A stretch of DNA of 64,000 bases from Minisyncoccota bacterium. Its GTDB lineage: Bacteria > Patescibacteriota > Minisyncoccia > Phycocordibacterales > GWA1-40-21. The stretch's first letter is position 1. Each line of letters starts with the position of its first letter. Both the position numbers and the translations under genes were made by a program. The notes under the pieces are model-generated. The model did not search any database. It was given only the letters and a program-made list of their open reading frames with translations, and had not been told where the DNA came from. Of this stretch, positions 20,426 through 28,220 are shown piece after piece. The DNA lies in NCBI GenBank assembly GCA_041663045.1, contig JBAZRH010000002.1:193946-257945 (forward strand), in the 5' to 3' direction.

Positions 20426-20496
20426 TGCGGGCGCCGAGAATCGAACTCGGATCAACACATTGGAAGTGTGTCATTCTACCATTAAACCACGCCCGC
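20426..20496 (-). tRNA. tRNA-Gly (anticodon UCC)
   Basis: Acceptor GCGGGCG/CGCCCGC, anticodon stem ACACA/TGTGT with loop CTTCCAA, T-arm CCGAGTTCGATTCTCGG. Confidence 0.85.
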
Positions 20497-21174
20497 ATTT
20501 TGATGAACCTTGTCTATAAGCGACATTATTCTTCTAAAGAAGAAATTGTTTCCCGCACCTTTTATGGAGATGTGTGCCGTCCCAAAAGGTAATTTACCAT
20601 GATTTTTCTTCTTTTTGTTTGTTCTAGTATCAACAACGCAATTTAAAAAAGAATCTTTTGATAAACCAGTCTCTTTTGACCAAAAACTTATAGCTTTACC
20701 CTGATTCGTATCAGGATATAAATGGATTCTAATAGAAAAATTACTATTTTGCAAATGAAAACACTTTTTAAACCAAGATATAGTAGTTTTGATTATCTTT
20801 GGATCGGAGTTTACAACTCTTACAATATGACTAGTTTTTGCACCTTCCCCGATATAAATACCGATTCCGAGCATAAATAAATCTCTTTTCGTGAATTTTC
20901 CGATATCTTTTGTTGCTAATTTCTCTGCATCTTCAATAGATTTTCTCTTTTTTGCTCTCTGGGCTTCATTCGCCATTAATCTAGCCCTGACTATCTTATC
21001 GGCAGTTTCTTTATTCGGTTTATATGGTATATCAGAAAGCCACTCACTTAAAGTGCTCTTTGAAACTCCAGTTTGTTTTTGAATATAGGAATAAGAATAG
21101 CCAGCTTTTCTAAATTTTATTGCATCAGTACGTAGATAAGCTTTTGTCATAACGAACTCTATTATATAGTACAC
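20482..21174 (-). CDS. LAGLIDADG-type homing-endonuclease-like protein with N-terminal HTH
   Basis: LGIGIYIGEGAKT resembles the I-SceI-type LAGLIDADG motif (GIGLILGDAY); N-terminal HTH SYIQKQTGVSKSTLSEW; the stop codon lies inside the 5' end of tRNA-Gly. Confidence 0.4.
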   Translation of the reverse strand: MYYIIEFVMTKAYLRTDAIKFRKAGYSYSYIQKQTGVSKSTLSEWLSDIPYKPNKETADKIVRARLMANEAQRAKKRKSIEDAEKLATKDIGKFTKRDLFMLGIGIYIGEGAKTSHIVRVVNSDPKIIKTTISWFKKCFHLQNSNFSIRIHLYPDTNQGKAISFWSKETGLSKDSFLNCVVDTRTNKKKKNHGKLPFGTAHISIKGAGNNFFFRRIMSLIDKVHQNAGVV

Positions 21175-21204
21175 TAGATACTAATACAAGGTTCGAATAG
21201 TGAA

Positions 21205-21519
21205 TTAAGCCTGAGATTTTTTGCTTACTCTCACCACTTCATCAAAATTATCCTCTTTTTCTATTTTCTTTCTCCTTTCAAAACCACATTTTACGCATTT
21301 ATGTGTAATCACAAATTCCCCTTTTTCAGTCTCTATCTTTATAGGGCACATCATCCCTGCACAAGCCTCCGCCCTATCCCCTGGGTTTACGTCCACATGT
21401 TTACTCCAAAGGCATTTCGAACAATGGTTTGTGTAGCCAGTGCCTTTTACGGTATTTCCGCATTTTTCACAAACAAAGTCCTCCACTTTTTTCTGAAATT
21501 TCTTTGGCTGATTTGTCAT
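21205..21519 (-). CDS. RNHCP-domain zinc-ribbon protein
   Basis: CEKCG...YTNHCSKCLWSKHVD...C..C arrangement. Confidence 0.4.
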   Translation of the reverse strand: MTNQPKKFQKKVEDFVCEKCGNTVKGTGYTNHCSKCLWSKHVDVNPGDRAEACAGMMCPIKIETEKGEFVITHKCVKCGFERRKKIEKEDNFDEVVRVSKKSQA

Positions 21520-21520
21520 A

Positions 21521-22228
21521 TTAAATAATCTTCACTATTTTTGCTTTTTCCGCTGATTTTTTAATAATTATCTCATCTCCTGGATTCAAAGGTATCTCTT
21601 CAGCGTGATTGTCCGCATAAGCCATCGCTGGTCCGCGCATTATTTTCACTTTTATTTCTGAATCATCCCTTATCACCATATGGTCAGATTGCTCCGTACT
21701 GTTATTGAAAGCGATTCCAATACCGACTTCAAAGAAGCTGTCTGTGATAGCACGATAGTAGCCCGTAGAACCAAACGGCGTCGATATTGCCACCCCATCT
21801 CCTATTATTTCATGCCCGATTTGCTTACCATTTACAAAGATTTCATATCTTATGGCTTGTCTTGGGTCGCTATTATGGACGATAATTTCATTTAGCCCAA
21901 CAATTCGCCTGTCTTTTGTATTTCCCTCAATTTTTATTTCTTCTTCGGTTCTATATTCCCCTTTCGCGACCTTCTCTAATATCTCTTCATTTGGCAAATG
22001 ATGACCCTTTTTTGTCGTATGGCTTTTCTTCAAAATAAATTTCGGAATTCCAGGAAAGTCTTTCTCACATTTCATAAATGTGCCATCACCCCCGTAGCTT
22101 GCCACGAGATCGATAGATTTTTCGTGGCTTGCGATTATTTCTGTCCCACTTTCAACCACATCAAGACCCACCTTTTCAGCAAGTTTTTCAATTTCTTTTG
22201 TATTCTCGCCGTAGATTAGAATCTTCAT
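21521..22228 (-). CDS. nadK: NAD kinase
   Basis: GGDGT motif and DGVAISTPFGSTGY (the NadK NE/D...TGSTAY region). Confidence 0.85.
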   Translation of the reverse strand: MKILIYGENTKEIEKLAEKVGLDVVESGTEIIASHEKSIDLVASYGGDGTFMKCEKDFPGIPKFILKKSHTTKKGHHLPNEEILEKVAKGEYRTEEEIKIEGNTKDRRIVGLNEIIVHNSDPRQAIRYEIFVNGKQIGHEIIGDGVAISTPFGSTGYYRAITDSFFEVGIGIAFNNSTEQSDHMVIRDDSEIKVKIMRGPAMAYADNHAEEIPLNPGDEIIIKKSAEKAKIVKII

Positions 22229-22231
22229 TTG

Positions 22232-22297
22232 TCGGGGCGCAGGGATTTGAACCCTGACTATCCGCCTCAGGCGGAGATATTACCTATAATCACACCG
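22232..22297 (-). pseudogene. degenerate tRNA-like copy; its 3' 30 nt are identical to the tRNA-Pro 3' part
   Basis: 66 nt. T-arm and acceptor 3' strand (TAGTCAGGGTTCAAATCCCTGCGCCCCGA) are identical to tRNA-Pro. The 5' acceptor strand CGGTGTG still pairs, but the anticodon arm is a 6-bp stem with a 3-nt loop (TCCGCC-TGA-GGCGGA). Confidence 0.55.
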
Positions 22298-22318
22298 ATA
22301 CCTTTTCTATCTTTATGG

Positions 22319-22389
22319 TCGGGGCGCAGGGATTTGAACCCTGACTACATGCTCCCAAAGCATGGATGCTACCGTTACACCACGCCCCG
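22319..22389 (-). tRNA. tRNA-Pro (anticodon UGG)
   Basis: Acceptor CGGGGCG/CGCCCCG, D-stem GTGT/GCAT, anticodon stem CATGC/GCATG with loop TTTGGGA, T-arm CAGGGTTCAAATCCCTG. Confidence 0.85.
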
Positions 22390-22592
22390 ATATTAAAAGA
22401 TATTAGCATAAAAGTTGTAACGAAGCGAGGGATAAAAATTTTTGTTAGGGGTGGCGAGCCTGCCCCTTTTGAAATGCCTTGGGAGCGCGACGGCGCGAGC
22501 ACGAGGAATTTTTTAGCAAGAAAATATCCGTGCATTTCAAAAGGGGCAGGTCGACAGGACCCCGTGAAAATTTTTATCCAGACAAGCCTCTC

Positions 22593-24131
22593 TCACTGTA
22601 CCCAATGCTTCCCTCTTATCTTTTTCACCTCCTTTTCATTTTCTATTTCCTTTTTTTCTTTCCCTTCCTCGCCGATTTTCTTCAATTCTTTTATTGGCAA
22701 CTTCATAAGTTCTTTCGCACGATTTTCCAAATATTCTTCAGTATTGAGTTTTGGATCTTCAAGTACATCTTCGAGAAGTGCATGCAAAACAAAGCCAACT
22801 TTTGGCCCCGGAGCTTCTTTTGTGACTTCCATAAGTCTTCCCCCATCTATTTTCAGCATTCCCACAGAAATCGGGTCTCTAGTCGCCTCTTCTATCATGG
22901 CATGATATTTTCTTAAGCGATACGGATCGGCTTTTGGTCTGCCCATACCTATCCTATCGGCGATTCGCACATTCATCAAATCCCAAATATTATCTTTGCC
23001 TACTTGAGCGATAATCCTTCTCACAGCCGACAAACTTATCTGCTCAGTATCAGAGAAAAACATATGCCATCTGACAAGCTTAACCACTTTTTCAATAACT
23101 TTTTTCGGATATTTTAAATCGGTGAGAATTTTTTCTGTCATTCTCGCGCCGATCACTTCATGCCCATAGAAAGTCCATTTTTCCTTGCCCGCCTCTTTGG
23201 AGGGGCCCTCGGCCCCTGCCCTGCGAGATTTAGGCTTGCCGATATCGTGAAGCAATGCAGATAATCTTATATCCAAAGGCCACTTTTTATCCGCCGTCTC
23301 CTGAAGCGCCCTCAAAGAATGTTCCCAAACATCATAAATATGGGCACCCTTTTGTTCTATGCTGATAGTCTTTTCCAAATCAGGAATAATATATTTCAAA
23401 ATTCCAAATTTTTGGCAGGATTTTATGCCTTCCATTGGCGTATCCGACATTATTATTTTTGTAAATTCATCGCGTATTCTTTCTTTAGAGATTTTTGCAA
23501 GAAGCCCCGATTCTACAAGCAAAGCTTTCTCCGTGGCTTTATCAATTTCAAAACCGACAAAATTTGCAATCCTTACTGCACGCAAAATCCTCAAACCATC
23601 TTCTTGAAATCTTTCATGTGGGTCGCCGACAGTCCTCAAGACTTTTTTCTTCAAATCATCTTGCCCGCCATAATAGTCCTCAATATTTCCTTTATAAAAT
23701 CCTTCCTTACTCCCCTCTTCTGTGATATTCAATGCAATTGCATTTATGGTGAAATCTCTTCTGTGAAGATCATCGTCTAGCTTTTCACTAAAAATAACTG
23801 CATCGGGTCTCCTATTATCTGAATATTCTGCTTCAAGTCTGTATGGAGTGACTTCTATCACCTTCACTGCTTCGTCTACGGTATTTTCATTTACAACACC
23901 AACAGTACCAAAAGTATTTTCATAAAAAGTCTTTGGAAAAGTGGCAATAATCTGTTCCGGCTTTGCATTTGTCGTAATGTCCCAATCTTTTGGAATAATG
24001 CCGAGCAAAATATCTCTCACACATCCGCCTATGAGATACGCCTCAAAACCCGCCTTTTTCAAAGTCTGCGACGCCTCCCAAACCTCCTTTGGTATCGGCC
24101 CGAATTCTGTTTTATTTGAAGTTTTCTTCAT
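22593..24131 (-). CDS. cca: CCA-adding tRNA nucleotidyltransferase with C-terminal HD domain
   Basis: LIGGCVRDILLG...DWDITT head domain and HD motif HDIGKP, plus a K/E-rich tail. The likely start is MKKTSNK; the track start at 24221 adds an improbable 30-aa extension. Confidence 0.85.
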   Translation of the reverse strand: MKKTSNKTEFGPIPKEVWEASQTLKKAGFEAYLIGGCVRDILLGIIPKDWDITTNAKPEQIIATFPKTFYENTFGTVGVVNENTVDEAVKVIEVTPYRLEAEYSDNRRPDAVIFSEKLDDDLHRRDFTINAIALNITEEGSKEGFYKGNIEDYYGGQDDLKKKVLRTVGDPHERFQEDGLRILRAVRIANFVGFEIDKATEKALLVESGLLAKISKERIRDEFTKIIMSDTPMEGIKSCQKFGILKYIIPDLEKTISIEQKGAHIYDVWEHSLRALQETADKKWPLDIRLSALLHDIGKPKSRRAGAEGPSKEAGKEKWTFYGHEVIGARMTEKILTDLKYPKKVIEKVVKLVRWHMFFSDTEQISLSAVRRIIAQVGKDNIWDLMNVRIADRIGMGRPKADPYRLRKYHAMIEEATRDPISVGMLKIDGGRLMEVTKEAPGPKVGFVLHALLEDVLEDPKLNTEEYLENRAKELMKLPIKELKKIGEEGKEKKEIENEKEVKKIRGKHWVQ

Positions 24132-24523
24132 TAGATGAATTTTAGCAGATATTTTGATAAAAAGAAAAGCGCACTTCCCGGAGGTCATGCGCGATTGGAG
24201 AATGAAACACATCAGAGGCACTTCAGTGTGTTAGGAAGTGAAGGATTGCAATCCCCACAATAAACAGAAACACAATCGAAAATGCTTTGACGTTGTCTCG
24301 GTTGGTCAGGAAGAGATATATTCTCGACTTAAAGAACTCTTCTTCTGCGTGATGCTGTTCGTTCTGTACGTGCGTAAACGGAGGTGTCGGAGGCATTTTG
24401 TCCAGTCCTTTCTTAATGTGCTTTTTTCACAGTGTGATTACTGTAAAAATCATCAACTTTGATAACTAATTAATAATATCAGCCTTTAGACAATATGTCA
24501 AACTAACTCATATTTTTATTTTG

Positions 24524-24595
24524 TGCGCTCGGCAGGACTCGAACCCGCAACAACAGTTCCGAAGACTGTTGTGATATCCATTTCACCACGAGCGC
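24524..24595 (-). tRNA. tRNA-Arg (anticodon UCG)
   Basis: Acceptor GCGCTCG/CGAGCGC, D-stem GTGA/TCAC, anticodon stem ACAGT/ACTGT with loop CTTCGGA, T-arm GCGGGTTCGAGTCCTGC. Confidence 0.85.
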
Positions 24596-24756
24596 AATAT
24601 TAAACTCCCCCATTAGGATTCGGTCACGACTTTTGCTCGGCCGTCGCCATCGCAAAGTCTCGACCCCGACTCGCTTCCAATCCTGCTGGCTTAGGGCCCG
24701 CTCCGTCCTTTAAATCTTTCGCAAGTAAAGACTTTTACTTGCTTTCTAAGATTTAA
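24596..24756 (-). repeat. GC-rich tRNA-associated structured element (family member)
   Basis: In tRNA orientation it contains GGAAGCGAGTCGGGGTCGAGAC, a stem-loop CTTTTGC-GATGGCGACGGCCGAG-CAAAAG, and ends GTGACCGAATCCTAATGGGGGAG; G+C far above flanks. Confidence 0.6.
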
Positions 24757-24809
24757 ACCCACAACAACAGTTCCGAAGACTGTTGTGATATCCATTTCAC
24801 CATGGGAGC
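24757..24809 (-). pseudogene. partial tRNA copy: D-arm and anticodon arm identical to tRNA-Arg(UCG), with a different 5' acceptor strand and no T-arm
   Basis: 41 nt identical to the tRNA-Arg body; acceptor 5' strand GCTCCCA. The element's terminal AATGGGGGAG could pair with it. Confidence 0.55.
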
Positions 24810-24896
24810 ATTTCATCATAATACGCTAAATTGGCTAAAAATCAAAAAACAATTTTGTTTTTTTATAAAATTGTGTATAATACAAAAAGTAAATTT

Positions 24897-24967
24897 GCGG
24901 GCGTAGTTTAATGGTAGAACTAGTCCTTGCCAAGGATTGGGTTCGGGTCCGATTCCCGACGCCCGCA
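24897..24967 (+). tRNA. tRNA-Gly (anticodon GCC)
   Basis: Acceptor GCGGGCG/CGCCCGC, anticodon stem AGTCC/GGATT with loop TTGCCAA, T-arm TCGGGTCCGATTCCCGA; TATAAT at 24876-24881 upstream. Confidence 0.85.
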
Positions 24968-25017
24968 CACATAGCAAAAAAGCGCGTAACTGCGCTTTTT
25001 TGCTATGTGTGCGGGCG
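24960..25017 (+). terminator. 26-bp perfect inverted repeat incorporating the tRNA-Gly acceptor 3' strand
   Basis: CGCCCGCACACATAGCAAAAAAGCGC-GTAACT-GCGCTTTTTTGCTATGTGTGCGGGCG. Confidence 0.6.
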
Positions 25018-25548
25018 CAATGATTTTTATAACATTCACACTAAATCCTTTCACATGAAACACGACTTTCTCTCAAAGACACACCTCCCTACTTCAAAGA
25101 CACATAATGACATGAAAAGCAGATATGAAAATAAGTGGATAATTTATAGCTTTTAATATAAGGGTATTTTCACATGAAACTGTGGATAACTATGTGAATA
25201 TGTGTATAAAAGACGACCAATAGAATCTGGCAAATTCGAGCCTTTTAGATGTCTTTTATTAAAAATACGGCTAACTGTGAGGGTAGGACATAAAATACAT
25301 TGTCTGAAATACAATCTGTCCTATATCAAAAACGTTTCTTAGAAACGTTTTAATTTGTCTCGTGTGAAAAGATTAGAATGTGTTAAAGAGACCAAAAACA
25401 CACAAAAATCAATAAAAAATTCAAAAATCTATAATAAACAAGTAAAAATACGTGAAAATCTTGAGTAATTATAAGAATATAATGATTTTTACACGAAATG
25501 AATGTTTTTTTGTGATATTTTGATTAATTATGATATAATTTACTCATA

Positions 25549-26004
25549 TTGAAAGACAAGACAAAAAACAATGAAATAGGGAAATTAGGTGAGGATTTGG
25601 CGTGTAGGTTTCTGGTGAAACACGGTTTTAAGATAATTGATCGAAATTATTGGAAAAAATGGGGGGAAATTGACATAATTTCCCAAAAAGTCAATAAATT
25701 GCATTTTGTAGAGGTAAAAAGTGTTTCCCGTGAAAGTTTACATGGTGTTTCATGTGAAAAGGGTGGCTTTAGACCTAAATCAAATGAATTTGATCGGTCG
25801 AACACCCAATCTGATGGGTGTTTTAGACCGGAAGACAATATGCATCCCTGGAAGCTACAAAGACTATCTAGGACAATTCAAACCTATTTGCTGGAGAAAG
25901 ATGTTTCAGATGAAACAGAGTGGCAATTTAATGTAATTACTGTCTATATTGATATGAAAAGGCGAGTATCAAGGGTTTTTCTGCTGGAAGATGTGATACT
26001 TTAG
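25549..26004 (+). CDS. YraN-family (UPF0102) endonuclease-like protein with an internal insertion
   Basis: GKLGEDLACRFLVKHGFKIIDRNYW..GEIDIIS....LHFVEVKS core; TTG start; TATAAT at 25534-25539. Confidence 0.6.
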   Translation: MKDKTKNNEIGKLGEDLACRFLVKHGFKIIDRNYWKKWGEIDIISQKVNKLHFVEVKSVSRESLHGVSCEKGGFRPKSNEFDRSNTQSDGCFRPEDNMHPWKLQRLSRTIQTYLLEKDVSDETEWQFNVITVYIDMKRRVSRVFLLEDVIL

Positions 26005-26494
26005 ACATGTTTCACGTGAAAAAACCCAATAAATCAGCCATAATTTGGCTTTTTAAGTATTAAAAAACCGCCCCTCTATATACAAGTTCTGAGCGAAATT
26101 GTTTTTGAGATGAGCGGTTGTCGAAAGAGAATTCCCAGTGTTACTACATTCTCGACTCCTAGTCGTCTTTTTTGAGAAAAGATCAAGACAGGTTTTTCGA
26201 GAGGAAAGCTAATGATGTATCACCAAGTAAGCCTTTCTATTGCGGAGTTAGCTAGACTCCCTTAAAGAACGAAGTTAATGCCGGTGGAGAAAGCTTTTGA
26301 GTTGCATTTCTAAAAACTTTTTCCGACGAATAACTTATTTCACCCCTCACATATTTTAATCCCTCTTAAAGGACATGTAAAGGACATACCTGTGGATAAC
26401 TCAAAACAAAAATGTCCTTTATAAAAGAGAGGAGCCGTGGCTAATAATAAGAGTATTATTAATTTATGAAAGTTATTGATGATTACAGACTTGG

Positions 26495-27265
26495 TTATTT
26501 TTCTTTTGCAGGTGTAGAAATTTTCCAAATATTTTCAAATTGTAATTTCATCAGGTCGGAAAAATCTTTTGAATGGACGACAAAACCAAATCCTTCTTTT
26601 TCGGAAGAAAGAAAAGCGACTTTGTCTTCATACAGCCAATAACCCATATTCCATGTCATACCAACCGGTGCAAAGCGCAAGTCGCGCAGAGTATCCTCGC
26701 CACTTTTCAAATATGGATATTGCTCGGTATCCAAGACTTTATCACTCGGCCATATCGCACGCAAAAAAATATTTCTTTTTACTCTCTTTTCATTTAAATC
26801 TCTTAAATATTCCGGTCCAAGCACTTTCATCATTTCACTCATTGGCCAAAATAGGACTGTTTCTATATCTCTATTTAGCATTATTGTGTTCAAGACTTGT
26901 CTCATACCCTCCTTTCCTGAATAAAACTTAATCTGTGGCTCTACAAAAGCCACTTTTTGCAATAAAGAGGGAAGCGAGAGCTCAAATTGCTTTTTCTCAT
27001 TCTCCAAAGATTTGATTTTGTCGGCTAGCATTTCCTGAATATTCCGCACATTATCAATCTGAAATACTTTCTTATACTCCTCCTTTCTTTCTGTTACCAA
27101 GCCGTGTTTTATCAATATTTTAAGATGATCATACACAGATGGGCGGGGAATACCCACTCTATCTGCCAATTTACTAGCAGGCGTCGCTCCATTTGCCACC
27201 AAGTCATTGAAGACTTTTTGTGTGATTTCAGACAAACCAAGTTCTTGAAATACTTTTGTAAACAT
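26495..27265 (-). CDS. TrmB-like transcriptional regulator
   Basis: N-terminal wHTH ASKLADRVGIPRPSVYDHLKILIKHGLVTE. Confidence 0.55.
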   Translation of the reverse strand: MFTKVFQELGLSEITQKVFNDLVANGATPASKLADRVGIPRPSVYDHLKILIKHGLVTERKEEYKKVFQIDNVRNIQEMLADKIKSLENEKKQFELSLPSLLQKVAFVEPQIKFYSGKEGMRQVLNTIMLNRDIETVLFWPMSEMMKVLGPEYLRDLNEKRVKRNIFLRAIWPSDKVLDTEQYPYLKSGEDTLRDLRFAPVGMTWNMGYWLYEDKVAFLSSEKEGFGFVVHSKDFSDLMKLQFENIWKISTPAKEK

Positions 27266-27428
27266 TTCTTTAACTTTATTATATGTCTAATTATATACCT
27301 CTATTTATCTTTGTCGAGATTCGACGACAGCTTTACATTACTAGACAAAGGTGCTATATTGTTGTCAGATGATTAAGGTAGTAGGAATTCAAACGAATTT
27401 CGCCTTGATTATAGGTCTTTGAAAGGAA

Positions 27429-27863
27429 GTGAGTATGAATTATGGAATGATCGCGATCATACTGTTCGTCATTCTGTGCCCGTGCATTAGCTACATTATT
27501 ATAAAGAATAAGATGCATATCTGGGACGGCGGATTGATGCTGGTTATAAAAGATGGTGAAGACAAACAGACTATAGTCCCATTGAATTGTAATAAATTCA
27601 ATGAAGTGGACTTGAAGAAAGAGACGGTGGTATTGGGTTTGTTTATTCCAGGTGGAGATAGCCACTACATTCCGAGTGTACTGTTTCGTGACATTAAAGT
27701 CACATTTGAACTGAACGATGGACTATTCTGTTATTCAGTTGAGAACACAGACGCCGGATTATATCTCATGCTTCATAAGCCAATGGATCATAGATATCGA
27801 ACAGTAGCTCTTGATGTGTGGCGGATGGATTATTCGGTTACCATTCTGTTCAATCGGAGATAG
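27429..27863 (+). CDS. hypothetical protein with N-terminal TM helix
   Basis: 144 aa; hydrophobic N-terminus, then a soluble domain. Confidence 0.4.
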   Translation: MSMNYGMIAIILFVILCPCISYIIIKNKMHIWDGGLMLVIKDGEDKQTIVPLNCNKFNEVDLKKETVVLGLFIPGGDSHYIPSVLFRDIKVTFELNDGLFCYSVENTDAGLYLMLHKPMDHRYRTVALDVWRMDYSVTILFNRR

Positions 27864-27895
27864 GGCGAAACTCTTGGGGAAAGACTTCAAATTTC

Positions 27896-27990
27896 CCCTT
27901 CTTATCAAACTCATCACTAAAACAAAAAGTGGTAAGTTTGTAGGAAGATATAGGGTCTTCTTAAACAGGTTCTTTGAGAAAGGGAAAAAC
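27896..27990 (+). promoter_or_regulatory. conserved structured 5' leader, copy 1 of 3 (Shine-Dalgarno-sequestering hairpin)
   Basis: ~95 nt aligned with the copies at 28221..28316 and 36451..36548: CTCATCAC/GTGGTAAG stem, GGAAG/CTTC stem, and TTCTTT/AAAGGG covering the Shine-Dalgarno sequence; preceded by a terminator-like hairpin at 27876..27898. Confidence 0.5.
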
Positions 27991-28170
27991 ATGAATATGT
28001 ATTTTGTTTTACCTGGTTTGGTTACCTTCATTCCCGGGCTTCTCATTTCTGTGGGCGCTTTGGGCGATCCTTCGAATAAGAAAATAGGTTTGGTCGGAAT
28101 TGTTCTAGTTCTGGTTGGGGTATCACTTGCCTCAATTGGCTCTGCATCATCTACAATGATATTAAAGTAG
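27991..28170 (+). CDS. small membrane protein (two TM helices)
   Basis: The internal ATG of track ORF 27811..28170 sits right after leader copy 1: MNMYFVLPGLVTFIPGLLISVGALGD... Confidence 0.4.
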   Translation: MNMYFVLPGLVTFIPGLLISVGALGDPSNKKIGLVGIVLVLVGVSLASIGSASSTMILK

Positions 28171-28220
28171 TTGACTGCAGTACTTCGGGCAACCGCTTCG
28201 CCCCACAAGCGAAACGGTTG

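Noticed and set aside
22232-22297. UGA-containing tRNA-like loop as evidence for an alternative genetic code (UGA read as Gly, as in SR1/Gracilibacteria)
   Set aside because: Long ORFs such as rny, pnp, copA and recJ are uninterrupted under the standard code, so TGA is acting as a stop. The UGA triloop is more simply a collapsed anticodon arm of a degenerate tRNA copy.
24131-24221. N-terminal 30-aa extension of cca (MPLMCFILQSRMTSGKCAFLFIKISAKIHL)
   Set aside because: Hydrophobic junk-like sequence unrelated to the CCA-enzyme head domain; the conserved N-terminus starts at MKKTSNK...GPIPKEV.
24596-24756. GC-rich island next to tRNA-Arg as SRP RNA, 6S RNA, tmRNA or RNase P RNA
   Set aside because: No match to the SRP domain IV motif (GGAA tetraloop with AGCAGC), the tmRNA tRNA-like ends and tag ORF, or RNase P conserved regions. 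The island instead shares ordered modules with the other tRNA-trailing elements.
24911-25156. 81-aa ORF starting inside tRNA-Gly(GCC)
   Set aside because: It overlaps the tRNA and its palindromic terminator and continues into an AT-rich repeat region; no coding signal.
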